This document shows, piece after piece, positions 48,700-60,791 of a DNA stretch of 64,000 bases. Under the pieces are notes generated by a model. It worked only from the letters and a program-made list of their open reading frames with translations. It made no database searches and was not told where the DNA came from. Made by a program: the position numbers and the translations under genes. Source of the stretch: Macrostomum lignano (Eukaryota); the NCBI GenBank assembly GCA_002269645.1, contig NIVC01000932.1, forward strand, positions 186,001 through 250,000, written 5' to 3'. Every line of letters starts with the position of its first letter. The first letter of the stretch is position 1.

Positions 48700-49215
48700 T
48701 GGGATGGTCAGGGTTTAAGCTGAGATGGTCATGGTTTAGAGTGAGATGGTCATGGTTTAGAGGGAGATGGTCATGGTTTAGAGGGAGATGGTCATGGTTT
48801 AGAGTGAGATGGTCTTGGTTTAGAGTGAGATGGTCTTGGTTTAGAGTGAGATGGTCATGGTTTAGGGTGAGATGGTCATGGTTTAGAGGGAGATGGTCAT
48901 GGTTTAGGGTGAGATGGTCATGGCTTACAGTGAGATGGTCATGGTTTAGGCTGAGATGGTCACAGTTTAGGGTGAGATGGTCACAGTTTAGGGGGAGATA
49001 GTCATGGCTTACAGTGAGATGGTCATGGTTTAGGGTGAGATGGTCATTGTTTAGGGTGAGATGGTCATGGTTTAGGGTGAGATGGTCATGGTTACGCTGA
49101 GATGGGCATGGTTTAGGGGGAGATAGTCACAGTTTAGGATGAGATGGTCGAAATTTAGGGTGAGATGGTCACAGTTTAGAGTGGTTCATGGGTTTCTAGA
49201 GTGAGATGGTCATGA
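48700..49215. repeat. 21-bp minisatellite GGGTGAGATGGTCATGGTTTA
   Basis: Directly visible tandem units upstream of the GPCR start. Confidence 0.92.
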
Positions 49216-49800
49216 GCTAAAGTGACTATGATAGACTCCAAGATGATGATGATCCAGAATATGATAGTGACGTGTCATAGTCAAGAGTCATAGCAGTTCA
49301 CAGCAGTTCATAGTCAGTGTGTGCACATGCTTAAAATTGAGTCATGGTAATCTCACGATACTGAATTACCGATGCCAATCGTTCTCAGACTAAAGCATGG
49401 AATAAGATAACTGAGATTAGAAGTTAGAACCAACCCTTAAGTTTGGTCTGGGCGTGGTTTCATCCAGCAGAACTGGATTTTCGCGCCTTTCCTTTTGCTT
49501 TCCCTGATGACCAAACATGTTTTGCACGAGAAGCACAGTCCTTCCAGTTGGCTGGTCAAAAACTAACCATGCAGGTCAGAACTTTGTTGTTTGTCAAAGC
49601 AAAAATTAAAACTTTTGATTGAGGGTTCGAAAGAGATCGGTTTTGCGTGACGTCTTTCATAAGATTGAATGCAATTTTTATTTCTTGGTTTTCAAAGGAA
49701 ATCAGTGACAAAGTTAAGGCAGAAGCGATAAACAAAGATAACTTTACTCTCTGAAGAATGCAACTTTGATTGATAGATCTGAGCAATCTGAGCAAAATCT

Positions 49801-49956
49801 GAGCACTTGCGCACAAACGGTCAAGCCAGAAAATACTGGGTTTAAGAACCGCCGGCACGCGGCGGAGGGGGGCGGAGGAGAGGTGGCTAAGGGGGTGGGG
49901 TGGGGTTAACACACTTTACACTGAAGCCCACGGAGCAGGCTTAGTGTAAAATAGAC
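49801..49956 (+). mobile_element. Dispersed hairpin-ended repeat, Helitron/Helentron-like 3' end, copy 2
   Basis: Homologous to 19248-19406; stem-loop TTTACACT-G-AAGCCC-ACGGAGC-AGGCTT-AGTGTAAA at 49915-49950. Confidence 0.55.
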
Positions 49957-50834
49957 ATTTCTTGCGCGACATCAAGTATGAGCGGTAGGAGTTTGACTTC
50001 CTGTCCAGCAACCCGGACCGACTCTGCAGAACCTGCCGTGCGCACGCAATATTCACCTCCAGGCACGACAGTTCATATCTCCTTCAGGCCAGATAATTAA
50101 CTGCAATTCAGTCAACGCCGCGTCCTTCCGCCGCTGTAACCGCACAGTCAACGCTTTTTTTTCATTTAGAGCACCCGAAAACATGATAACCTCGACATTT
50201 CCCATATTCGATATTCAAAATTATTGAAATATTCTTCCTAGTTTACCTCCGTTTTATAACTGAATCTATGACACGCTACTAGCAGTAGTGAATTAAAAAT
50301 TTGTTTTTAAATTCTACCCATGTTCGGGGGAGAGAAGCGCCAGAACGAGTTGAGAGAGTGGAAGAGGATGGGGAAAACTCGAAAACGCCAGCAGCTGCGA
50401 AGGAAGGTCCATAGGATCCAAGGCATTCGAATGTTCGTTCCAGCTTCACCTTCTGCTCCATCCCCAACCCCTGTTGGAGGCTGCGCACGTGGCTGGGAGA
50501 AGAGGGGAGGACGCGGTTCAGCCCCGGAGCCCCCAGCCTCTCTCTCCGAAACAGACAGAAACTTTATCGAGCGCAACTGCTGAGGGAAGCTGGGGGATGT
50601 GGTGGATAGTGGGATGCAGCTGGTCCTGTATTAGTCAGCAATGGGTGGCAGTCCCAATAGCCCTGCGCAGGGGGTTCGGTGCAAGATGAGGGGGCGGGCG
50701 ACGTGCCTGCCTCGCAAAGGTCTTACATATACTGACCAAGATTCCAGCTTCTACCTGGAGCGAAAGCGAAGTGAAGCCAGCAGAAATTTCCCACCTTTAA
50801 CGTCTGCATCGTGCGTATTCGAAGCAGCAACTCC

Positions 50835-53800
50835 ATGGATTCTTCCACGGCAACCAGCGCTGGATCCAGCGGCGTCGCAAAAATTGCGGTGAGTCTGTGG
50901 GGATCAGATTTTGAATCCGGTCAGTCTCTCTAGGGCAATGCCGCTTCCCATTCACTGGGGCAGCCAAGGTACGATCGAGATTTCACCGATTGAATGAAGC
51001 CGTGTAGGCCATTATACCCTATGACGTCACTGTGTTCAACACCTACTTTGTCATGACGTCACACAACTTTTTATTGCGAGAAACAAGAGAAGACTGTGAG
51101 GAGAGACACAGCGGAGAGACACAGCGGAGAGACACACACTGGAGAGACACAGTGGAGAGACACAGCGAAGAGACACGGTGGAGAGACACAATGGAGAGAC
51201 ACACTGGAGAGACACACTAGAGAGACACAGCGGAGAGACACAGTGGAGAGACACAGTGGAGAGACACAGCGGAGAGACACAGTGAAGAGACACAGTGGAG
51301 AGACACAGCGGAGAGACACAGTGGAGAGACACAAGGAAGAGACACAGTGGAGAGACACAGTGGAGAGACACAGCGGAGAGACACACACTGGAGAGACACA
51401 GTGGAGAGACACAGCGAAGAGACAGTGGAGAGACACAAGGAAGAGACACAGCGGAGAGACACAGTGGAGAGACACAGCGGAGAGACACAGCGGAGAGACA
51501 CAGCGGAGAGACACAGCAAAGAGACACAGCGGAGAGACACACAGCGGAGAGACACACACTGGAGAGACACAGTGGAGAGACACAGCGAAGAGACACGGTG
51601 GAGAGACACAATGGAGAGACACACTGGAGAGACACACTAGAGAGACACAGCGGAGAGACACAGTGGAGAGACACAGTGGAGAGACACAGTGGAGAGACAC
51701 AGTGGAGAGACACAGCGGAGAGACACAGTGGAGAGACACAAGGAAGAGACACAGTGGAGAGACACAGTGGAGAGACACAGCGGAGAGACACACACTGGAG
51801 AGACACAGTGGAGAGACACAGCGAAGAGACAGTGGAGAGACACAAGGAAGAGACACAGCGGAGAGACACAGTGGAGAGACACAGCGGAGAGACACAGCGG
51901 AGAGACACAGCGGAGAGACACAGCAAAGAGACACAGCGGAGAGACACAGCGGAGAGACACAGCAAAGAGACACAGCGGAGAGACACACTGGAGAGACACA
52001 GTGGAGAGACACAGCAAAGAGACACAGCGGAGAGACACACAGCGGAGAGACACAGCAAAGATACACAGCGGAGAGACACACAGCGGAGAGACACAGCAAA
52101 GAGGGTTGTCGTGCGTTTTACAACCCATGAGGGCCAACCCCCAAGGCACAGAGAGTTACATGCCTGACAATTAGAAAGTCAGGGCCGTTGTACAAGGTGC
52201 ACCCTGTGTAGGTCGCATCTGCGCGCTTAGGAGTCTGCTGAATGAGCAGAATTGCCTTAAATTTTAAAATTACAATCAAAAAGTACTTTTAACCACAACG
52301 ACCTTGTTACAGCAGCAGCAGCAGACAAACCCATCCGAAGAGCAGCAATTGCAGCAGCAACAACAGCAGCCGCAGACATCACTGGATGCAGGCCCCAAGA
52401 GGCTGCACATCAGCAATATTCCGTTCAAATTCAGGGAGACCGACTTGCGACAGTTGCTCGGGGTGAGGAGCCTAGCAACTGACTGTGCACTTTAGCACAC
52501 AGCAAAGTCCCTTTTTATAATCTCAATATACATATGTTTGTCCTTGATTGTCTCCCTGCATCTTCACCCACTCTCCTTGATTGTCTCCCTGCATCTCTAC
52601 CTCTCTCTCCTTGATTGTCGCCCTGCATCTCTACCTCTCTCTCCTTGATTGTCTCCCTGCATCTCTACCTCTCTCTCCTTGACTGTCTCCCTGCATCTCT
52701 ACCTCTCTCTCCTTGACTGTCTCTCTGCATCTCTACCTCTCTCTCCTTGATTGTCGCCCTGCATCTCTACCTCTCTCTCCTTGATTGTAGCCCTGCATCT
52801 CTACCTCTCTCTCCTTGACTGTCTCCCTGCATCTCTACCTCTCTCTCCTTGACTGTCTCCCTGCATCTCTACCTCTCTCTCCTTGACTGTCTCTCTGCAT
52901 CTCTACCTCTCTCTCCTTGACTGTCTCTCTGCATCTCTACCTCTCTCTCCTTGATTGTCGCCCTGCATCTCTACCTCTCTCTCCTTGACTGTCTCTCTGC
53001 ATCTCTACCTCTCTCTCCTTGACTGTCTCCCTGCATCTCTACCTCTCTCTCCTTGACTGTCTCTCTGCATCTCTACCTCTCTCTCCTTGACTGTCTCTCT
53101 GCATCTCTACCTCTCTCTCCTTGATTGTCGCCCTGCATCTCTACCTCTCTCTCCATGATTGTCTCCCTGCATCTCTACCTCTCTCTCCTTGATTGTCTCC
53201 CTGCATCTCTACCTCTCTCTCCTTGACTGTCTCCCTGCATCTCTACCTCTCTCTCCTTGATTGTCTCCCTGAATCTCTACCTCTCTCTCCTTGATTGTCT
53301 CCCTGAATCTCTACCTCTCTCTCCTTGATTGTCGCCCTGCATCTCTACCTCTCTCTCCTTGATTGTCTCCCTGCATCTCTACCAGTCTCTCCTGATCACT
53401 AATGACGTTTATCTCTTTCTAAAATAGAGTCAGATTTAGAACTTTAATCTACTGTTCTGTTTGTTTAAATGGCAGCCATTCGGCCAGATCCTGGACGTGG
53501 AGATCATATTTAATGAGCGCGGCTCCAAGGTGAGATATTGCAAATTATAAAAAAGCGATTATAAAATATATTTCTTCGTACTACTCTAAGCCGGCAGTAA
53601 CTCTTTAGAAAACACACTATATATTAAAAGTTTCACATTTTCTCTAGGCTCACAGGGACTTATGCCAGCCAGTTGCCAGGTTGTTAACGCTGCATTTTCT
53701 TTAAACAGATTCGCCTCTTGCACTGGCATCCGATTGTCTTGCTTGATGAAAGAGATTCGACTTTCTTTTTGGTCAGGAACTTTGCCTGTCATTTGCCACT

Positions 53801-53950
53801 GTCAGCAAGATCTGCTGTTTATTGTCAGAGCTACCAACGAAGATAGACTGTACCTGCTTGGGTCCATAGTCTTGGGGACTGTTGCTGTATCTTTTGCTTC
53901 TGGTATTTCAGTCTCAAGGTTAGCTTTAGGTTGATAGATAGATAGATAGG

Positions 53951-53991
<41 letters not shown>

Positions 53992-53992
53992 C

Positions 53993-54041
<49 letters not shown>

Positions 54042-54064
54042 GTAGATAGATAGATAGATAGATG

Positions 54065-54123
<59 letters not shown>

Positions 54124-54124
54124 C

Positions 54125-54168
<44 letters not shown>

Positions 54169-57070
54169 TAGATAGATAGATAGATATATAGATAGATATA
54201 GATCGATAGATATTATTAGATACAAAAAGACAAGCAATCTAGTGTCTATGGGTGTGACCCAGGTAGTCTACGAGCAAGTGTCTATGGCTATAACTGTGAC
54301 ACAGTCTGAGAAACCCAGATTTTTCTAGAAGTATTCTTGTCGCTGCAGCAATTATTCAATGCATTGTTTGTTTGGTTTCGAGAGATGTAAGAAGTGCAGC
54401 AGCATTTTGTACATTTCTTTAAGTTTGCCTGCAGCCACAGAATTGGACATTGCACAGCATGTCGGTCAGTCGAACAGTTGATGAAATGTCGGTCATGATG
54501 TACTTTATAAACTCAACAAGCAACTTATAGAAGAAGCGGCGAATTTATTTCCCGGCTTCAATCGCTGACGGCATGAAAGTTGTTTTTGCGTTTTTCTTGA
54601 CTTCTTGCTTCTTCTTTTGAAAGAAGCCGACTACGCTAGCGCGAGTTTGCCGAGAAAAAAAACATTGGTTTGCTTTTAAATTAACAACAACGAAAAAATA
54701 TGTTTGTGGTGACGATTATCATAACTCTTAATTCTACTCATGCGTTCCATCTGCACGTCAGGGATTCGGATTTGTCACTTTTGCCGAGTCTGCAGATGCT
54801 GAAAAGGCCAGGGAGAAGCTCAATGGCACTCTGGTGGAAGGCCGCAAGATTGAGGTGAGACCTGCGACTGGGGGACACTGAGGGACACTGAGGGACACTA
54901 AGGAACACTAAGGGACACTGAGGGACACTGAGGGACACTGAGGGACACTGAGGGACATTGAGGGACACTGAGGGACACTGAGGGACACTGAGGGACACTG
55001 AGGGACACTGAGGGACACTGAGGGACATTGAGGGACACTGAGGGACACTGAGGGACACTGAGGGACACTGAGGGACACTGAGGGACATTGAGAGACATTG
55101 AGAGACACTGAGGGACACTGAGGGACATTGAGGGACACTGAGGGACACTGAGGGACACTGAGGGACATTGAGGGACACTGAGGGACACTGAGGGACACTG
55201 AGGGACATTGAGAGACATTGAGGGACACTGAGAGACATTGAGAGACATTGAGGGACACTGAGGGACACTGAGGGACATTGAGGGACACTGAGGGACACTG
55301 AGGGACATTGAGAGACATTGAGGGACACTGAGGGACACTGAGGGACATTGAGGGACACTGAGGGACATTGAGGGACACTGAAAGACACTGTAGGGAGACT
55401 GAGAGATGTTAAAGGACACTGAGGGATATTAAAGGACACTGAGGGATATTAAAGGACAATGAGGGACACTGTAGGAACACTAAAGGGCACTAAAGGACAC
55501 TGAGGGACACTAAAGGACACTGAGGGACACTAAAGGACACTGAGGGATATTAAAGGACACTGAGGGATATTAAAGGACAATGAGGGACACTGTAGGGACA
55601 CTAAAGGGCACTAAAGGACACTGAGGGACACTAAAGGACACTGAGGGACACTATAAAGAGCATTGAGGGATACTATAAAGAATACTGAGGGACACTAAAG
55701 GACACTGATTAACACTAAAGGTCACTGATTGACACTAAAGGTCACTGAGGGACACTGAGGGAAACTGAGGGACACTGAGGGACACTGAGGGACACTATAA
55801 AGAGCATTGAGGGATACTATAAAGAATACTGAGGGACACTAAAGGACACTGATTAACACTAAAGATCACTGATTGGCACTAAAGGTCACTGAGGGACACT
55901 GAGGGAAACTGAGGGACACTGAGGGACACTGAGGGACACTAAAGGACACTGAGGGACACTAAATGTCACTGAGGGACACTAAAGGAGACAGAAGGCTTAT
56001 TTGCAAACTATTCCTTGGCCCCCAATCGCTTGCCCTACAGGTGAACAATGCCACGGCCCGGGTGATGACAAAGAAAAAAGATTCCTCACCGAATCAGCTG
56101 AGAGGTGAGAGATGAGTATTTGATGAATATTCTAGTCCAATTTATTCTAATTTAATCTAATGTAATTCAATCTGATCCAATCTAATCTAATTCATCCTAA
56201 TCTAATCCAATCCAATTCAATCTAATCTAATTTAATCTAATCTAGTCCAATCTTATCTAATCCAATCTAAATTAATCTAATCTAACCCAACCTAATCAAC
56301 CACACCTGATCTAATTTAATCTAATGTAATCTAATCTAGTCTAATCTAATTTGATCCAATCTAATCTAATCTAACCTAATATAATCCGATGTAATCTAAT
56401 CCAATCTAATCTAATTCAATCTAATATAATCCCACCCAATCTAATCTGATATACTCTAATCTAATCTAATCTAGTCTGATCTAATCTAATCTAATCTAAT
56501 CTAATACTATCTAATCTGATCCGCCGCCTCTCCCCAGCCCTTCCCGGCCTCCGCAACCGTCAGTTGGCCCTGCCGCCCGCCTTCCAAGCTCTGGCGGCGG
56601 CGGCAGCAGCTGGAGGCTTTGGCGCCGGTTTGGGCGGCGCCTTCGGCGGAGTCGCCTTCCCGCCGCAGCTGCTGTATCCGCTGGCCACCTCGGCGGCACT
56701 CATCGACCCCTCGTTGGCGTTCGCGGATCCGGCACTGCTGGCCAGCCACCACCTGCAGCAGCAGCAGCAGCAGCAGCCGCCGCCACCGCAGCAGCACCAG
56801 CTGTCGACACTGCCGACGCTGCCGCCGATGCCCGCTGCGGCGCAGCTGACGACCTCCCTGGCCGCGGGATTTCCGACCGCCGCCGATCAGTTCGCCGCTG
56901 CCGGCATCGCCGCCGCCGCAGCCGCCGCCGCTAGAGAAGCTTCGGCCGCCGCTGCCGGTCTGAACTCCGCCTACGTGAACTCCAGCCCGACCGTCTACCG
57001 GGGTGCCCAGGGCTCGCTGCAGCATCACCATCATCATCAGAGATTCGCGCCCTACTCCAGGCCTTACTGA
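50835..57070 (+). CDS. RBFOX1: RNA-binding Fox-1 homolog (RBFOX), exons 50835-50888, 52313-52462, 53476-53529, 54762-54854, 56041-56104, 56538-57070 (315 aa)
   Basis: [83 protein letters not shown], near identical to Fox-1 family; Ala-rich C-terminus ending RFAPYSRPY. The first exon and start codon are inferred from the GTGAGT donor at 50889 and an upstream in-frame stop. Confidence 0.93.
51085..52100. repeat. ~13-bp minisatellite GGAGAGACACAG(C/T) (RBFOX intron 1)
   Basis: Directly visible tandem units. Confidence 0.95.
52120..52235 (+). mobile_element. Partial SINE family B copy (central and 3' domain only)
   Basis: CCCATGAGGGCCAACCCCCAAGGCACAG..ACATGCCTGACAAT..AGGGCCGTTGTACA matches the copies at ~33001-33350 and ~37000-37212. 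Confidence 0.55.
52540..53390. repeat. 34-bp minisatellite CCTTGATTGTCTCCCTGCATCTCTACCTCTCTCT (RBFOX intron 2)
   Basis: Directly visible tandem units. Confidence 0.95.
53931..54210. repeat. (GATA)n microsatellite (RBFOX intron 3)
   Basis: Directly visible. Confidence 0.97.
54870..55985. repeat. 10-bp minisatellite CTGAGGGACA (RBFOX intron 4)
   Basis: Directly visible tandem units. Confidence 0.95.
56140..56520. repeat. Degenerate (AATCT)n repeat (RBFOX intron 5)
   Basis: Directly visible. Confidence 0.9.
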
Positions 57071-57109
57071 TCCTGATTGACCTTGGCGACTCCGCTGACT
57101 GGGTTGGCT

Positions 57110-58437
57110 GAATTGGTGACGGAGTGAGTTGGTGACGGAGTGAGTTGGTGACGTTGTGAGATGGTGACGTTGTGAGTTGGTGACGGAGTGAGATGGTGAC
57201 GGAGTGAGTTGGTGACGGAGTGAGTTGGTGACGGAGTGAGTTGGTAACGGAGTGAGTTGGTGACGGAGTGAGTTGGTGGCGGAGTGAGTTGGTGACGGAG
57301 TGAGATGGTGACGTTGTGAGTTGGTGACGGAGTGAGTTGGTGACGGAGTGAATTGGTGACGGAGTGAGTTGGTGGCGGAGTGAGTTGGTGACGGAGTGAG
57401 TTGGTGACGTTGTGAGTTGGTGACGGAGTGAGTTGGTAACGGAGTGAGTTGGTGACGGAGTGAGTTAGTGGCGGAGTGAGTTGGTGACGGAGTGAGATGG
57501 TGACGTTGTGAGTTGGTGACGGAGTGAGTTGATGACGGAGTGAATTGGTGACGGAGTGAGTTGGTGGCGGAGTGAGTTGGTGACGGAGTGAGTTGGTGAC
57601 GTTGTGAGTTGGTGACGGAGTGAGTTGGTAACGGAGTGAGTTGGTGACGGAGTGAGTTAGTGGCGGAGTGAGTTGGTGACGGAGTGAGATGGTGACGTTG
57701 TGAGTTGGTGACGGAGTGAGTTGATGACGGAGTGAATTGGTGACGGAGTGAGTTGGTGGCGGAGTGAGTTGGTGACGTTGTGAGTTGGTGACGGAGTGAG
57801 TTAGTGACGGAGTGAGTTGGTGACGGAGTGAGTTGGTGACGGAGTGAGATGGTAACGGAGTGAGTTGATGACGGAGTGAGTTGGTGACGGTGTGAGATGG
57901 TGACGGAGTGAGATGGTGACGTTGTGAGATGGTGACGGAGTGAGTTGGTGACGTTGTGAGTTGGTGACGGAGTGAGATGGTGACGGAGTGAGTTGGTAAC
58001 GGAGTGAGTTGGTGACGGAGTGAGATGGTGACGGAGTGAGTTGGTGACGGAGTGAGATGGTGACGGAGTGAGATGGTGACGGAGTGAGTTGGTGACGGAG
58101 TGAGATGATGACGTTGTGAGTTGGTGACGTTGTGAGTTGGTGACGGAGTGAGTTGGTGACGTTGTGAGTTGGTGACGTTGTGAGTTGGTGACGTTGTGAG
58201 TTTGTGACGGAGTGAGTTGGTGACGGAGTGAGTTGGTGACGGAGTGAGTTGGTGACGGAGTGAGTTGGTGACGGAGTGAGTTGGTGACGGAGTGAGATGG
58301 TGACGGAGTGAGATGGTGACGGAGTGAGATGGTGACGGAGTGAGTTGGTGACGGAGTGAGTTGGTGACGGAGTGAGATGGTGACGGAGTGAGATGGTGAC
58401 GGAGTGAGTTGGTGACGGAGTGAGTTGGTGACGGAGA
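57110..58437. repeat. 16-bp minisatellite GGTGACGGAGTGAGTT, ~80 units, immediately 3' of the RBFOX stop
   Basis: Directly visible tandem units. Confidence 0.97.
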
Positions 58438-59315
58438 GAGCTTCCCTTTTCTCATTTTACGATAATTCGGTAAAACCGCATACATTACTTAAAAAAACTT
58501 CTTTTCACTTTGTTTAATTCGTTTCATTGTTAAACCCTTGGCGTCTCATGAAAATGATTTTCAAAAACATTACAAAATAACTCTCTGATAAAGTCTTTAG
58601 CCTCACACTGTAACAGACAGTATTAGTTGTGCCTAATGTACTTTGCAACTTGTGCTGTACATGCTAAGACGTGGCTCTGGCACCGCAGCTCACTGACTTT
58701 GTGTTAATTAGCATGCACTGTCTGCCTAGTTGGAAAAATAAATATCGTTTACAATACTCATACGTACAGCCAGCAGTGATCGGCTTTTATTGCCTCATTG
58801 TTAGATTGTTTCCTTTCGAGGTTACTCAGTGACTAAGCTGAGCTGTGCTGCGTTCGGCTGTGCTCACACGCTTGGGGCAAAAGCCAATTGATCCACCAAG
58901 GAGACCAGGGAGCAGATCATGGACTGCCAGTTCCTGCTCAACCCCCACCCCTCGGGATTCTACAGTTTGTTTAATTTTGTTAAACAAACAAAACTTTACT
59001 TTCTAAACCTTACTGATTAGTGGTCTCGTTTTTAACTCTGGATAAACTCAATTCACCTTGACGGGTGAAATGTTTAAAAATATTGCATGCGCTTTCAGTA
59101 TGAAAATAGTACATTTTTGAACATGCAGATTTCAAGGGAAGAGTTTGTCAGTCCAGGTTCTGGTCCCAGGCATTCTTGGCCCCTGCTCAACCAACCGGGC
59201 AATAGCGCCCACGCACTGGACAAAAGTTGAGGTTTTTTCTCAAGCCACAACTGACTGCTTCAAACCAAGAAGTCAGCCGCTGTCCGGTCTTCAGTAAAAA
59301 AGAGGCAGAAATTTG

Positions 59316-59903
59316 ATGCAACAGCAGCAGAGCCAGCAACAACGGAAGAGATGGTACTCAAGCAGCGGAGGAGAAGCGGGTTTTTGTGACAGGTAAACTG
59401 AGATTAATTGATGGCTCGTAATGCTGACTAGCTAATGCTGACTGGCTAATGCTGACTAGCTAATACTGACTAGCTAATGCTGACTAGCTAATGCTGACTG
59501 GCTAATGCTGACTAGCTAATGCTGACTAGCTAATGCTGACTAGCTAATTCTGACTAGCTAATTCTGACTAGCTAATTCTGACTAGCTAATGCTGACTAGC
59601 TAATGCTGACTAGCTAATGCTGACTAGCTAATTCTGACTAGCTAATGAACACAAGCTAATGCTGACTAGCTAATGCTGACTAGCTAATGAACACTAGCTA
59701 AAGCAGAATTTCCAATCCCGCTAGCACAGAGCTGAGCACAGACAACTCGAACTCGCAGGTGCAGTCAGCTGTTCAGCGAACTCTACGAGGCCCTGCTGGA
59801 TCAGCTCTGCTTCACCTGGACTCGACACCGGCAGCAAGGCAGCCGTCGGCCGAGACAACGGCGCTACAGCAGCAACTATCCCGACGACAACCCGGAAATT
59901 TAA
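59316..59903 (+). CDS. Putative 73-aa small protein, 2 exons: 59316-59392 and 59759-59903 (MQQQQSQQQRKRWYSSSGGEAGFCDRCSQLFSELYEALLDQLCFTWTRHRQQGSRRPRQRRYSSNYPDDNPEI)
   Basis: ATG with upstream in-frame TAA (59295); AG|GTAAAC donor and CTCGCAG acceptor join in phase 2; GC3-rich codons in exon 2; the intron is filled by a tandem array like other introns in this window. No homolog recognised. Confidence 0.55.
59420..59700. repeat. 14-bp minisatellite CTAGCTAATGCTGA (intron of the small ORF)
   Basis: Directly visible tandem units. Confidence 0.95.
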
Positions 59904-59974
59904 CAAAATTATAGCTTTGTTTTCATTTAATGGCTGGCCTTTCACAATTAGGCCTGGTTTATACGCGTAGCAGA

Positions 59975-60065
59975 GGCGCCAGCATCAGGGGCGCTAGCAT
60001 CAGGGGCGCCAGCATCAGGGCGCCAGCATCAGGGGCGCCAGTATCAGGGGCGCCAGCATCAGGGG
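59975..60065. repeat. Short 15-bp tandem repeat GCATCAGGGGCGCCA
   Basis: About 6 visible units. Confidence 0.85.
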
Positions 60066-60791
60066 CCTCCCCTTGCCCCTGCCTGCGCCCTGTAAAGATG
60101 ACAATTTGCATTGTATGGTTTAGCATTATCTCGTTCAACCTCTAACCGCCCTGCAAGTTAAGCAGAATTGGCGCTGGTTAGTTTTAACCTACATTAAATA
60201 TGGTCTTACCTTCGGTTAGTCGTACTGTGATAGACATGGGTTTTGCTGCGACCCCAACCTTTAGTGCTAAATTTTAATAGTTTTCTTTCATATGCAATGT
60301 TACAAACAATAGCGTTACTGATTTATTTGTTTAAATTGATTGATATTTTCTGTATCGGTACACTCAATGAAAAAGTAAGCACAAATATTCTAACAAATAA
60401 ATTTAATGCAATAGAAAACATTCTGAATGTCCTATACTTGCTACTAAGAGTAGAATAGAGCGAATTTTTTGCTTTTACTTGACTAATTCTTGTCTAATAA
60501 GAAAAAACTTATATACAGTTGAATATTGCAATAAATCAATCAATCGATACTGCGCTGAGCTGAGTGAACTCAACAGCTGCAATAATGAGCTGAGGAAACC
60601 CGACTCTGGTCAGCCCCGGCATTTCTTTGTGAGGCCAATCAATAGAATGAAGGCTAACGCTTGGAATTTGAGATATTCCTATTCTAAGCATCTCATAGGT
60701 ATTTTAGTAATTGAATTATATTTTATAATAATCCTTATAATCCTGGACAGGCATATTGTATGTGTTCAAGGAATCGCTAGAGTCTAGATTA

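Noticed and set aside
51051-55439. Long repeat ORFs (RHSGET, CVSPL, VPQCPS, IYLS)
   Set aside because: Translations of intronic mini- and microsatellites within RBFOX.
57064-58485. 473-aa Thr/Ser/Pro/His mucin-like ORF on the minus strand
   Set aside because: Derived from a 16-bp repeat (not a codon multiple) that happens to lack stops; no signal peptide; antisense to the RBFOX 3' region.
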